Shown piece by piece: positions 1-10,100 of a stretch of 64,000 nt of DNA. The notes beneath the pieces were generated by a model that was not told where the DNA came from, ran no database searches, and saw only the letters and a list, made by a program, of their open reading frames with translations. How positions within the stretch are numbered: position 1 is the stretch's first letter; every line of letters begins with the position of its first letter. The stretch comes from Chitinophagales bacterium (GTDB lineage Bacteria; Bacteroidota; Bacteroidia; Chitinophagales; LD1): positions 22,855 through 86,854 of the forward strand of contig JAXLUK010000001.1 in assembly GCA_046329555.1 (NCBI GenBank), written 5' to 3'. The position numbers and the translations under genes were made by a program.

Positions 1-246
1 CCCAAAAAGGAAGCGCAACAATTCATACTCCGCCAGGAAGGCTTCCCACGAGCCTTATACAGCGGATTTATCGGTCCGGTGCATCCTCAAAAAACGTCGC
101 TTTGGGTGAACCTGCGATGCATGCAATTCCATGGCCGGTATGTAGTTTTTTATGCCGGATGCGGCATCACGGCCCAATCGCAACCTGAAAAAGAATGGCT
201 GGAAACCGAGAGGAAAATGGATATTTTGCGCCACCTGCTGGCATGA
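1..246 (+). CDS. menF: isochorismate synthase, C-terminal fragment (5' end outside window)
   Basis: Frame 1 is open from base 1 to TGA at 244-246. The translation ...LYSGFIGPV...WVNLRCMQF...FYAGCGITAQSQPEKEWLETERKM... resembles the C-terminus of chorismate-binding enzymes. The stop overlaps the menD ATG (ATGA at 243-246), and menD and menB follow. Confidence 0.75.
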   Translation, partial: PKKEAQQFILRQEGFPRALYSGFIGPVHPQKTSLWVNLRCMQFHGRYVVFYAGCGITAQSQPEKEWLETERKMDILRHLLA

Positions 247-1871
247 CTACCAACAAACAACAAGTTGCTGCACTGGCTGCGGTATGCTTTCAAAAAGGCA
301 TTCGTCAAGTGGTGATTTCGCCTGGTTCGCGATCGGCGCCATTGGTGATTGCTTTTCAGGCCTACCCCGATATCAGCAAGTACGTTATTGCCGACGAGCG
401 CGTTGCCGGATTTTTCGCCCTTGGTTTAGCGCAACAAACCAGGCAAACAGTGGCGCTGATTTGTACGTCGGGCACGGCAGCCTTGAATTTTGCACCGGCT
501 GTTTGTGAAGCCTTCTACCAACAAGTACCCCTATTAGTTCTTACGGCCGACCGCCCTGCCCATGCTATTGGCGTAGGCGAGAATCAAGCGATCAACCAGC
601 AGCAACTTTACCAAAATTATTGCCGGCACTTTTTCAATTTATCGGAAACTGCTCACGAGGCCGCACAGCAAACTGCTGATGCCATTCATTTGAGCCGGCA
701 ACCGTTTCTTCAACCCGTACATATCAATATTCCGCTGGCTGAACCGCTTTATGAAACTACCCAAGCTACCACGCCGCATTTCGTTTTACAGGAATTGGCA
801 ATTCGTTCTGAACAACCTGTGGTACTACCCATGGTTGGCAGCGTTATGGTGTTGTGTGGACTTCGACATGAAGATGCGGCAGAAAACGCCCTCCTGGAAG
901 ATTTAGCCAAGCGGGAAGATACCGTGGTGGTTGCCGAACCCGTGGCGAATGTTACCGGAAAACGAATAATCGCGCATCCCGATAGGTTACTTTCCATAGC
1001 CTTGAAAAATCAATCACGGCTGCCCACGCCTGATTTCTTAATTACTGTTGGGAAGCAAGTAGTATCGAAGCGTTTGAGGCAGTGGTTGAAACAACATCCA
1101 GTAGCCAATCATATCCATTTATCACCCGATGAAGGCACATGGAATGGATTTGGCGCGAAGCATTACACCCATTTTTTTACCCGGCCTGCAGAAGGCCTAC
1201 AACAGTTAGTGAAGCGAGAAGAAAGTAACGCCCCTTTTGCGACGCATTGGCATCAGGCCAATGAAATGGCCCATAGCCATCATCAAGAGTTTAGTGAAAA
1301 GGTAAGCTACAGCGATTGGCAGGTTTTTGAATCGCTGATTAAGTTGTTGCCGGAAAATGCGATAATGCAATACGGCAACTCCTCTCCTATCCGCTATGCC
1401 TGCTTGTTTGACCACCCTGCAACAGTGCGGGTTTTTAGTAATCGGGGCACCAGTGGGATTGATGGCTGCCTGAGTACGGCTGTGGGCGCTGCTCTTGCAC
1501 AACCACAGCAGCTCGTGGTTGCTATTCTTGGTGACATCAGTTTTCTATATGATTCTAACGCCTTATGGAATCCGGAATTGCCGCCTAACCTAAAAATTGT
1601 GGTGATTAACAACGGTGGCGGGAATATTTTTGGCATGATTCCGGGGCCCGACACCGTTGATGGATTCGAGTCTTTCTTCCAGACCAAACATCAACTTTCT
1701 GCCAGGCACTTGGCAGCAATGTATGGCATTTCCTACCAAACCATTCACCATATAGAAGCGTTACGGCAAGTTCTTCCTGATTTCTATACCAGCAGACAAA
1801 CCGCCATAATGGAGGTTTTTACAGATAGTAAGTTGAATGCCACTATCTGGAAGGAATACTTTTCCGGATAA
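243..1871 (+). CDS. menD: 2-succinyl-5-enolpyruvyl-6-hydroxy-3-cyclohexene-1-carboxylate synthase
   Basis: Within ORF 195..1871. The likely start is ATG 243 ([11 protein letters not shown]...). It has a ThDP-enzyme layout with [12 protein letters not shown]...NNGGGNIF near the C-terminus and sits between menF and menB. Confidence 0.9.
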   Translation: MTTNKQQVAALAAVCFQKGIRQVVISPGSRSAPLVIAFQAYPDISKYVIADERVAGFFALGLAQQTRQTVALICTSGTAALNFAPAVCEAFYQQVPLLVLTADRPAHAIGVGENQAINQQQLYQNYCRHFFNLSETAHEAAQQTADAIHLSRQPFLQPVHINIPLAEPLYETTQATTPHFVLQELAIRSEQPVVLPMVGSVMVLCGLRHEDAAENALLEDLAKREDTVVVAEPVANVTGKRIIAHPDRLLSIALKNQSRLPTPDFLITVGKQVVSKRLRQWLKQHPVANHIHLSPDEGTWNGFGAKHYTHFFTRPAEGLQQLVKREESNAPFATHWHQANEMAHSHHQEFSEKVSYSDWQVFESLIKLLPENAIMQYGNSSPIRYACLFDHPATVRVFSNRGTSGIDGCLSTAVGAALAQPQQLVVAILGDISFLYDSNALWNPELPPNLKIVVINNGGGNIFGMIPGPDTVDGFESFFQTKHQLSARHLAAMYGISYQTIHHIEALRQVLPDFYTSRQTAIMEVFTDSKLNATIWKEYFSG

Positions 1872-1909
1872 CCCGGTGGTTCCTTCAAAGCATTATATTC
1901 GCGCCCACT

Positions 1910-2731
1910 ATGAGCAACAGGAATTGGACCACCATAAAACCCTACGAAGAAATCAAGTTTGATTTTTTTGAAGGTATTGCCAAAATTACGATCAACCGGC
2001 CGCGTTTCCGTAATGCATTTACGCCACTAACGGTGCGTGAAATGATTGATGCCATGAATATTTGCCGCGATCAGTTAGATATTAAATCAATCATCTTAAC
2101 TGGCGAAGGCGATATGGCTTTTTGCAGCGGCGGCGATCAGAACGTACGCGGGCATGGCGGCTATGTAGGAAAGGATGAAGTGCCTCGTTTGAATGTACTG
2201 GATTTACAAAAACAGATTCGTTCCATCCCAAAGGCCGTGATTGCCATGGTGAATGGATATGCCATTGGCGGTGGACATGTATTACATGTTGTTTGTGATT
2301 TAAGTATTGCCAGCGAGAACGCTATTTTTGGTCAAACCGGCCCGCGCGTGGGCAGTTTTGACGGTGGTTTTGGAGCCAGCTATTTGGCTAGAATCGTTGG
2401 GCAGAAAAAAGCGCGTGAGATATGGTATCTCTGCGACCAATACAATGCACAAGACGCTTTAGACATGGGTCTGGTTAATAAAGTAGTACCCTTGGAAATT
2501 TTAGAAGATACGACTGTAGAATGGTGTCAGAAAATCATGCAAAAATCGCCGCTGGCTATTCGCATGCTGAAAAGTTCTTTCAACGCAGAATTGGATGGAC
2601 AGGCCGGCATTCAGGAGCTAGCTGGCAATGCTACCCTGCTTTACTACCTCAGTGAAGAGGCCAAAGAAGGCAAGAATGCCTTCATTGAAAAGCGCCAGCC
2701 CGATTGGGATAAATTCCCCAAATTCCCATAA
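1910..2731 (+). CDS. menB: 1,4-dihydroxy-2-naphthoyl-CoA synthase
   Basis: 273 aa crotonase-fold protein ([28 protein letters not shown]...) in menaquinone gene context. Confidence 0.95.
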   Translation: MSNRNWTTIKPYEEIKFDFFEGIAKITINRPRFRNAFTPLTVREMIDAMNICRDQLDIKSIILTGEGDMAFCSGGDQNVRGHGGYVGKDEVPRLNVLDLQKQIRSIPKAVIAMVNGYAIGGGHVLHVVCDLSIASENAIFGQTGPRVGSFDGGFGASYLARIVGQKKAREIWYLCDQYNAQDALDMGLVNKVVPLEILEDTTVEWCQKIMQKSPLAIRMLKSSFNAELDGQAGIQELAGNATLLYYLSEEAKEGKNAFIEKRQPDWDKFPKFP

Positions 2732-2806
2732 CCCAGGCCATGTGGAAAACCTGATACCTGCTGGATTAAAAAACGTATCTTTACACTTCCTAAAATGAAT
2801 TAAATT

Positions 2807-4426
2807 ATGACGATTTCGGGTAGAAAAAACAAACACTTCAGTCTCGACCAAATCAACATTAAAAATACAGGTAACCAATATTGGAACCTCACCCCTGAGG
2901 AGCTAGTTGAAGAAACCATTAAACGCGGGCAAGGCGTTCTGAACGACAGCGGCGCTTTAGCTGTAGATACCGGCGAGTTTACCGGTCGTTCTCCGCAGGA
3001 TAAGTTTATTGTGAAAGATTCAATCACTGAAAATTCGGTTGATTGGTCCAGCAAGTTTAATCTGCCCATTGAATCATCGCAGTTCGATAAACTTTACGAT
3101 CGCATCACCGCTTATTTCGCTGGCAAGGACGTATTTGTTCGCGATTGTGTTGCCTGTGCGCATGATAGCTACAAATTGAATGTTCGGGTAGTGAATGAAT
3201 ATCCATGGGCGAATATGTTTGCTGGAAATATGTTTTTGCGTCCTGATGCGGCGGCCATTGAAGGTTTTGAGCATGATTGGCTGGTGATTCAGGCCCCGGG
3301 CTTTTTAGGAAATGGCAAGGAAGACGGTATTCGTCAGCATAATTTTTCTATCCTCAACTTCACGCGTAAAATTGCCATCATCGGCGGTTCGGCCTATACA
3401 GGCGAGATCAAGAAAGGCATCTTTACCGTATTAAATTTTGTGCTGCCTCATGATAAGAAAGTGTTGAGCATGCATTGTTCTGCCAATCAGGGAAAAGATG
3501 GTGATGTGGCGCTGTTTTTCGGATTATCTGGTACTGGAAAAACTACGCTTTCCGCCGACCCGAATCGTCCGTTAATTGGCGATGATGAGCACGGCTGGGA
3601 CAACAACTCCGTTTTCAATTTTGAAGGCGGTTGCTATGCGAAGGTTATTGATCTATCGGCAGAAAAAGAGCCGGATATTTTCCGGGCTATCCGGCATGGT
3701 GCCATTCTGGAAAACATTGAGTTTCTCCCTGGCAGCCGTACGGTAGATTACACCAGCAAGAAGCGAACTGAAAATACCCGGGTATCGTATCCCATTAATT
3801 ACATTGATAACGCATTGCCAGTATCGCGTGGTAATGAGCCTCGGAATATTTTCCTGCTTACCTATGATGCTTTTGGGGTTTTGCCGCCAATTTCAAAATT
3901 AAGTGTTGGTCAGGCCATGTATTACTTCCTCTCGGGCTTCACTTCTAAGGTAGCAGGTACAGAGGTTGGCGTAGTTGAGCCTCAAACCACTTTCTCGGCT
4001 TGCTTCGGCGCCGCATTCCTGCCATTGCATCCAACGAAGTATGCTGATTTATTAGGTAAGAAGCTGGAAGAGAAAAAAGATATCAACGTTTGGTTGCTTA
4101 ATACGGGTTACACCGGCGGCGCTTACGGCACCGGCAAACGTATGAGTTTACCTCATACAAGGGCCCTGATTACGGCTGCTTTAACCGGACGATTAAATCA
4201 GGTGAGCTATGAAACGCATCCGGTTTTTGGCGTGTCCATGCCAACAAGTTGCGAAGGTGTTCCGGCTGAAATTCTTAACCCAAGAAAGGCCTGGAAAGAT
4301 GCGAACGCCTATGACGTTAAAGCCGACGAGTTAGCAGAGCAATTCAATAAAAACTTTGAAAAGTATGCGGCGCAGGCCTCGGATGAAATCCGGAATGCAG
4401 CACCTAGAGTACTCCACAACTCATAA
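2807..4426 (+). CDS. pckA: phosphoenolpyruvate carboxykinase (ATP)
   Basis: 539 aa with the GLSGTGKTTLS P-loop and FTGRSPQDKF and IGDDEHGW motifs typical of ATP-dependent PEPCK. Confidence 0.95.
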   Translation: MTISGRKNKHFSLDQINIKNTGNQYWNLTPEELVEETIKRGQGVLNDSGALAVDTGEFTGRSPQDKFIVKDSITENSVDWSSKFNLPIESSQFDKLYDRITAYFAGKDVFVRDCVACAHDSYKLNVRVVNEYPWANMFAGNMFLRPDAAAIEGFEHDWLVIQAPGFLGNGKEDGIRQHNFSILNFTRKIAIIGGSAYTGEIKKGIFTVLNFVLPHDKKVLSMHCSANQGKDGDVALFFGLSGTGKTTLSADPNRPLIGDDEHGWDNNSVFNFEGGCYAKVIDLSAEKEPDIFRAIRHGAILENIEFLPGSRTVDYTSKKRTENTRVSYPINYIDNALPVSRGNEPRNIFLLTYDAFGVLPPISKLSVGQAMYYFLSGFTSKVAGTEVGVVEPQTTFSACFGAAFLPLHPTKYADLLGKKLEEKKDINVWLLNTGYTGGAYGTGKRMSLPHTRALITAALTGRLNQVSYETHPVFGVSMPTSCEGVPAEILNPRKAWKDANAYDVKADELAEQFNKNFEKYAAQASDEIRNAAPRVLHNS

Positions 4427-4439
4427 ATGTTAAAAACTT

Positions 4440-4455
4440 AATTGTATATACAATT
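4440..4455. promoter_or_regulatory. perfect 16-bp AT-rich palindrome AATTGTATATACAATT between pckA and the poly-Pro gene
   Basis: Read directly; the sequence equals its own reverse complement. It lies 14 nt after the pckA stop and 42 nt before ATG 4497. Function is unknown (operator or weak hairpin). Confidence 0.3.
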
Positions 4456-4496
4456 TGGTTATATCAATTAGTTCATTATTTTTACCTAAGATTAAT

Positions 4497-4745
4497 ATGC
4501 CGATAATGGAAAAATCAAATACACGTGACATGCAAAGATTTGCTTTGCGTTTTGCACTTACAGGCGTACTGTTCGTGTGTGTAGCTGTAGTTTTCGCTCA
4601 GCCACCGCCACCACCACCACCACCACCGCCGCCGCCACCAGGTGTTCCATTGGATGGTGGAGTGATAACAATGCTGGTAGCCGCACTGGGTTATGGCATC
4701 CGTAAGAAATTTAGAGACTCAGCTCCCGCAGCTGTAGTATCTTAA
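4497..4745 (+). CDS. small exported protein: signal peptide + Pro13 tract + sorting-signal-like C-terminal TM/basic tail
   Basis: ORF 4455..4745 with an internal ATG at 4497 (MPIMEKS...). It has a hydrophobic h-region ending VVFA-Q, then 13 consecutive Pro, GVPLDGG, the TM helix VITMLVAALGYGI and RKKFRD. A rho-independent terminator follows. Confidence 0.6.
   Translation: MPIMEKSNTRDMQRFALRFALTGVLFVCVAVVFAQPPPPPPPPPPPPPGVPLDGGVITMLVAALGYGIRKKFRDSAPAAVVS
4602..4640 (+). repeat. (CCN)13 trinucleotide tract encoding 13 consecutive prolines
   Basis: cca ccg cca cca cca cca cca cca ccg ccg ccg cca cca, read in the frame of ORF 4455..4745. Confidence 0.95.
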
Positions 4746-4770
4746 TACATTTATTTTCAACACTTTTGAA

Positions 4771-4797
4771 GTGCGCCCAGTTGAGCGCACTTTTTTT
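4771..4797 (+). terminator. rho-independent terminator
   Basis: GTGCGC-CCAGTTGA-GCGCAC stem-loop followed by T7, 26 nt after the stop of the poly-Pro gene. This argues that ftsE starts at ATG 4801, not GTG 4771. Confidence 0.7.
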
Positions 4798-4800
4798 ATT

Positions 4801-5499
4801 ATGGGTATAGAAACAGAAGGCATTATCGCTTATCACCATGTGAATATCGAACAAAGCGGCGGCATGGTACTTACTGATATAAATTTTGATGTAGCCGCCG
4901 GAGAATTCGTTTACTTAATAGGCAAAACTGGCTCAGGAAAAAGCAGCTTACTAAAATCAATGTATGCTGACGTTCCCGTGGCTGCAGGTACAGCACATGT
5001 TTGTGGTTATGCACTCCATGAAATGAAACGTGGCGACATTCCCTTTCTGAGGCGAAAACTCGGAATCATCTTCCAGGACTTTCAATTACTATTCGACCGC
5101 ACGGGAGAGGAGAATTTATCGTTTGTGCTGCGCGCCACCGGCTGGAAAAACCAGAACGAAATCCAGCATCGCATTGATGAAGTTTTGAACGAAGTTGGGA
5201 TGACCGGTACGGCACGAAAAATGCCCCATCAACTATCTGGTGGAGAACAGCAGCGACTAGTTATTGCCAGGGCATTGTTGAATAACCCGCCGGTGATTAT
5301 TGCCGATGAGCCCACAGGCAATTTAGACCCTGAAACATCGAATGAAATCATGAACCTGTTGATACGCATTAACCGTCAACACAACACAGCGGTGTTAATG
5401 GCCACCCATAATTATCAGGTGATTGAAAAATTTCCAGCCAAAATCTACAATTGCATGAATAATACCGTGCTACTGGAAAAAGGAATTTTACTGCGTTAA
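4801..5499 (+). CDS. ftsE: cell division ABC ATPase FtsE
   Basis: Walker A GKTGSGKSS, signature LSGGEQQR and Walker B IIADEPTG in a protein of about 230 aa. Confidence 0.85.
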   Translation: MGIETEGIIAYHHVNIEQSGGMVLTDINFDVAAGEFVYLIGKTGSGKSSLLKSMYADVPVAAGTAHVCGYALHEMKRGDIPFLRRKLGIIFQDFQLLFDRTGEENLSFVLRATGWKNQNEIQHRIDEVLNEVGMTGTARKMPHQLSGGEQQRLVIARALLNNPPVIIADEPTGNLDPETSNEIMNLLIRINRQHNTAVLMATHNYQVIEKFPAKIYNCMNNTVLLEKGILLR

Positions 5500-5844
5500 T
5501 CAGATTAATTTCTCAATCAGATGCAGCGCTACGCGCTCAAATTGCTGATGATGGTGACCGCTGCGGAACATAGCTTCTAAATCTGTTCGTACGCGTTGTT
5601 CAGCTGCAGTATCTGCCAGATAACGCTTTTTAAAAAGCGCTAATATTTCCATGCTTTCGCTATCAGATAAATCTTTTACAATGGCGTCGTAATAGCGAAC
5701 GTTAGCCAATCCCGTTCTTTGCCGAACAAATGCAATTTCTTCTGATGATAGTTGTCCGTCCAGCTCTGCAACATAAACCAACGCAAAAGCCAGAAACTCC
5801 TCGTACGTCCAGTGTTCCACCAATTTTTGATCTATTCCTGCCAT
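5500..5844 (-). CDS. hypothetical protein, possibly TerB-like
   Basis: 114-aa ORF with helical, acidic-patch composition (AELDGQLSSEEIAFV) reminiscent of TerB/DjlA-N domains. The functional call is weak. Confidence 0.55.
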   Translation of the reverse strand: MAGIDQKLVEHWTYEEFLAFALVYVAELDGQLSSEEIAFVRQRTGLANVRYYDAIVKDLSDSESMEILALFKKRYLADTAAEQRVRTDLEAMFRSGHHHQQFERVALHLIEKLI

Positions 5845-5978
5845 AATGAAGTGAAGTTAATGATTCTGCGCTATTTCCTGTTAAAGCCAGTGGCATGTCC
5901 AATTGTCAAGAATTGCAAAAAGCAAAGCCCCCTTTAAACCACTTTTTTCTTTCTTTATCATACCAGAAAACAAAAATT

Positions 5979-6278
5979 ATGAAAACGATCTTTTTTGGAA
6001 TAATGGGTGTTGCGCTCTTGTTAAGCCAACCCGTAAGCGCTCAGAATGGCCGTCAGGCAGTAGAACAAAAGCGCATTGTTAACGGCGCAAAAAGCGGTGC
6101 ATTAACGCCTCGTGAAACACGCAGATTAGAAAATCAACAGCGGGCTATTCATCAGGAGAAGCGGGCTGCCCGGGCAGATGGTATTGTAACCAATGAAGAG
6201 CGCCGGGAAATCAGACGATCGGAGCAGCGTGCGTCCCGAGGCATCTATCGGGCTAAACACAATGCTCGTAGGCGCTAA
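5979..6278 (+). CDS. small secreted highly basic protein
   Basis: Internal ATG 5979 of ORF 5895..6278 gives MKTIFFGIMGVALLLSQPVSA-Q as a signal peptide. The mature part is Arg/Glu-rich with repeated LTPRE / VTNEE-type units. A terminator follows. Confidence 0.6.
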   Translation: MKTIFFGIMGVALLLSQPVSAQNGRQAVEQKRIVNGAKSGALTPRETRRLENQQRAIHQEKRAARADGIVTNEERREIRRSEQRASRGIYRAKHNARRR

Positions 6279-6281
6279 ACG

Positions 6282-6311
6282 AAAAAAGCCGGTATCACTA
6301 CCGGCTTTTTT
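6282..6311. terminator. bidirectional rho-independent terminator
   Basis: A6-GCCGGTA-TCAC-TACCGGC-T6 lies between the convergent secreted-protein gene and rplT. Confidence 0.75.
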
Positions 6312-6327
6312 GTTGTAATTCGGATTA

Positions 6328-6675
6328 CTATTTTTTTACCTGCGCTACGATGGCAGAGAAAGCTGCGGCATCATTCAATGCCAAATCAGCTAACACCTTG
6401 CGGTTCAGGTCGATACCTGCAGCCGTTAACCCGGCCATGAACTTCGAGTAGCTCATGCCTTCAGCGCGTACTGCCGCATTGATACGGGCAATCCACAAAC
6501 TGCGGTAATTGCGCTTTTTTTGCTTACGGCCAGTGTATGCATACACACCAGCTTTATCTACCGCGTTCTTAGCTACGGTGTAAACATTTTTGCGATTGAG
6601 GAAGAATCCTTTCGCTTTCTTAAGTATCTTTTTCCGGCGCTTACGACTAGCTACGGCATTGACTGAACGAGGCAT
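6328..6675 (-). CDS. rplT: 50S ribosomal protein L20
   Basis: [24 protein letters not shown]...[14 protein letters not shown] is the canonical L20 sequence. Confidence 0.97.
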   Translation of the reverse strand: MPRSVNAVASRKRRKKILKKAKGFFLNRKNVYTVAKNAVDKAGVYAYTGRKQKKRNYRSLWIARINAAVRAEGMSYSKFMAGLTAAGIDLNRKVLADLALNDAAAFSAIVAQVKK

Positions 6676-6705
6676 GACTTATCTTTTTTGCTTTGAGACA
6701 ATTAA

Positions 6706-6897
6706 TTAGACTAACAATAACTTGATACGCTTCTCATCTGAAGGATGAACCACAGCATCCTTACTCAGGTCTTTCTTCCGGCCTTTTGCTTTCCGACCCA
6801 GCAGGTGGCGGTGAAACGCCTTACCGCGTTTGATTTTACCCGATCCGGTCACCTTGAAACGCTTTTTAGCGCCGGAATTTGATTTCATTTTTGGCAT
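6706..6897 (-). CDS. rpmI: 50S ribosomal protein L35
   Basis: MPKMKSNSGAKKRFKVTGSGKIKR... is the canonical L35 sequence, directly upstream of rplT. Confidence 0.97.
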   Translation of the reverse strand: MPKMKSNSGAKKRFKVTGSGKIKRGKAFHRHLLGRKAKGRKKDLSKDAVVHPSDEKRIKLLLV

Positions 6898-6917
6898 TGC
6901 CTTGTTTTTTGGGACGG

Positions 6918-6925
6918 CAAATATA
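6918..6925 (-). promoter_or_regulatory. candidate Bacteroidota -7 promoter box TATATTTG for rpmI-rplT
   Basis: The minus-strand sequence TATATTTG matches TAnnTTTG exactly, about 21-28 nt upstream of the rpmI ATG. Confidence 0.4.
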
Positions 6926-7067
6926 ATTATTCCACCGGAATTAAAAAGTGTTTATGCACAGAATTCCACTGCCTCTAAAACTAACCACTTTCCGCTACGC
7001 AAATACATTGCGCAGACCGTAGTGATATTTGCCCCTGGCTGTTGATTTTTTGTTGATTAAGAGGCCC

Positions 7068-7096
7068 GGCAGGTAAATATAATACATTTACTTGCC
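7068..7096. promoter_or_regulatory. 11-bp-arm inverted repeat upstream of the addA-like gene
   Basis: GGCAGGTAAAT-ATAATAC-ATTTACTTGCC (10/11 complementary), 27 nt before ATG 7123. Confidence 0.3.
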
Positions 7097-7122
7097 GTAC
7101 CCTCTTGCCTCGCCCCTGGTTT

Positions 7123-10100
7123 ATGCTCAATATCTACAAATCTTCTGCCGGCAGCGGCAAAACATACACGCTGGTTCGTGAATTTCTGCGCATGTCGCTC
7201 CAGGCCGACGGTCCGGGTTACCGGAGTATTCTGGCCATAACCTTCACCAACAAAGCCGCCAATGAAATGAAAAGCCGGGTATTGCAGACGCTGGAAAGCC
7301 TGACATCAAATAATCCGCCGGCTGAACTGATGAGGGCGCTCTGTAACGATTTAACGTTGCCCGAAGAAGAACTGCAGCGAAGAGCAGCGTTCACCCATCA
7401 CCACATGCTACACCATTACGCTGACCTATCTGTATCTACCATAGATAGTTTTGTGAACCGCCTGGTACGCAGTTATGCGCATGATTTGCATTTACAAGCT
7501 GATTTCAGGGTAGAACTGGATCAGGAAGTACTGCTCAGCCGCGCGGTAGATCAGGTACTTCAAATGGCTAACAGCCAGCAGGATACACCGCTTACGCGGG
7601 CGCTAATCGACTTTGCGGAAGACCGGCTGAGTGAGGGCAAGGGATGGCACATAGAAAATGACCTGATTCAATTAGGAAGGCAGCTATTTCGGGAAGCCGC
7701 GGCGCCCTATATCGAACAACTGGGTTCCATTACCGAAAATCAGTTTCAGGAAGCCCGCAAACTGCTTCTATCAATAAGAAATCAATTCGAAAAGAGCATT
7801 CAGGAACACGGTGCGCAAATGATGCAACTGATTGCCTCTCGTGGTCTTCAAGCCGCCGACTTCTTTCAAACCTCCAGGGGTATTTGGAAATACATGGTTG
7901 GCTGTCGCGATTTTAACGGCCAGATGAGTCTGCAACCCGATGGCTATGCCGCCACTACCATCAACCAAAATAAATGGTACACGGCCCGGAAAGGCAAAGA
8001 AACCGAACAGGCATCCATAGAAGCGATTAAGCCGCAACTTTTGGCGCTTATCGACCGTGTTATCCAGTTGTCAGAAACAGCAGGAGCATCCTACTTTTTA
8101 GCGAAACTGCTGCTGAAAAACAGCTATTCCTTTATGCTGCTCAGTGAGGTCCAAAAACAAGTGCATCAAATTCAGGAAGCCGAGGGATTGCTGCATATCA
8201 GCGAGTTTCAAAGGCGCATCGGACATATTGTACGCGACCAGCCCGCACCCTTCATTTATGAGCGGATCGGACAGAAATATAATCAGATTCTGATTGATGA
8301 ATTTCAGGATACCAGCGTATTGCAATGGCAGAATCTGGTTCCCTTGGTGGAAAATAGTTTGATGGAGCTCAAAGACAGCCTCATCGTAGGTGATGGGAAA
8401 CAGGCCATTTACCGGTTCAGAGGCGGGGAAGTAGCGCAGTTTATCTGCCTCCCAAAGCTGTACGGCAGTGACCACAATCCGGTTTTAAAGGAAAGGGAAA
8501 ACGTCATTTTAAACTATGGTTCCAGGGTTTTGCAACTGAACAAGAACTACCGTAGCCTGCCACAAATTGTTTCCTTCAATAACCAGCTTTATGGGATGTT
8601 GAAGCAAGACGCAGATTTTGCTCTTTCTACAACTTATGAAGGCGTGGAGCAGGAAGCCGCTACCCGGAAAACCGGTGGATATGTGCGTCTCGAGTTCCTG
8701 CCTGCCGGAAAAAAAGACGAGGTCACCCAAAACCGCCACCATCGCATGAAGGAAATCCTTCATGAATTAATGGCCAAAGGATTCAGATGGAAAGATATCG
8801 CGCTATTATCCCGAAGTAACCAGGTGGGCAGCGCCGCCGCCGCATTCCTGCTGGAAAACAATATTCCCGTAGTTAGTGCAGAAAGTGTACTCATCGATCA
8901 ATCGCCATTGGTACAATCCGTTCTATCGGCATTGCGATACCTGACCGATCGCAACAACGCCATTGTTCGTTCAGAAATGATGCATGCGCTCAATACCGCG
9001 CTACTACAAGATATCACGGCTTCTTTCACGGCAATACCCGATACCACTTACCGTGATTTTATCCGCCAACCTTATCCTGATTTCGAGCAACAGTTCTCCA
9101 TTTTATCGGGTAGCCACCTCAACAGCGACCAACTACTCACACAACGCCTTCCGGAAGTAGTGGATGCCATTGCCGCCGCGCTACAGATTCCGCTAACCGG
9201 AAATCCATTTATGCAATTCTTCCGGGATGCGGTGCTCGAGTTTTCCAGTGTACACGGCCACCGCATTAGCGATTTTCTGGAATGGTGGTCAGATAAACGC
9301 AGCACCGCATCGGTCATTTTTCCCGAAGATTTGGATGCAGTTAGGATTATGACCATTCACAAATCAAAAGGGCTGCAATTTCCGGTGGTATTGTTGATTG
9401 AAGCAGATTTCAATTGTATCGAGAATAACTCTTCTACCCTATTCTGGGCCTCAGTGGAGGAATGGTTGCCAACACCGCTTCCCTTCTATCCCATTAAAGC
9501 AGATAGTAGTTTGTTGCAAACGCCATTGCACGGCATTTACGAGCGCGAGCAACACGAACTGCAATTGGATATGCTCAATGCGCTGTATGTAGCCACCACA
9601 CGACCGGAAGATGCCCTATTCATTTTAGGAACAGCGCCTAAAACCGCCACCGATCAATTGAAAAGTGTTACTGCAGTCTTAACCCGTTTCCTTCAACACC
9701 AAAATAATTGGCAGGGATTTGAACAGATTTACGAGTGGGGTGAATGGCAACCGGCGCAAAGGGGTGACGAAAAGAAATTGCCCACCTACGACCCGGGCCA
9801 ACTATCTGCGCACCAACAAAAACTTTCACTGCGTAAAGTACACCAATCCAGCCAGCAAGACGCTCAGGAGTTTGGCAACCTGCTCCATCAGTTAATGGCA
9901 TCAATTTCTTACAAGGACAGCGCACCACGTATTCAAAGAAAGTTCTTCTATGAACAACAACTGCCAACTGGGCTTCAGGATCGATTGATAGCAACCGTCA
10001 ATCAAATTCTTGATGACCCGCAACTACGGCATTACTTCCAGCCGCCCTGGCGTGTTCTGGCTGAACGCCCGCTGGCCGATGGCAAAGGACAACTGCTCAT

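Noticed and set aside
152-508. An alternative-frame 118-aa ORF overlapping the menF/menD junction, and the N-terminal extensions of many ORFs in the track (e.g. 195, 4771, 7105, 15678, 16099, 18415, 27122, 40708, 52553, 60171).
   Set aside because: In each case the internal start gives a canonical N-terminus or signal peptide, avoids overlap with the upstream gene or a terminator, or the extension is translated intergenic sequence.
4602-4640. The CCN repeat tract considered as a non-coding microsatellite or CRISPR-like repeat.
   Set aside because: It is in frame within a plausible small ORF that has a signal peptide, a TM tail and its own terminator. There is no spacer-repeat architecture anywhere in the window.
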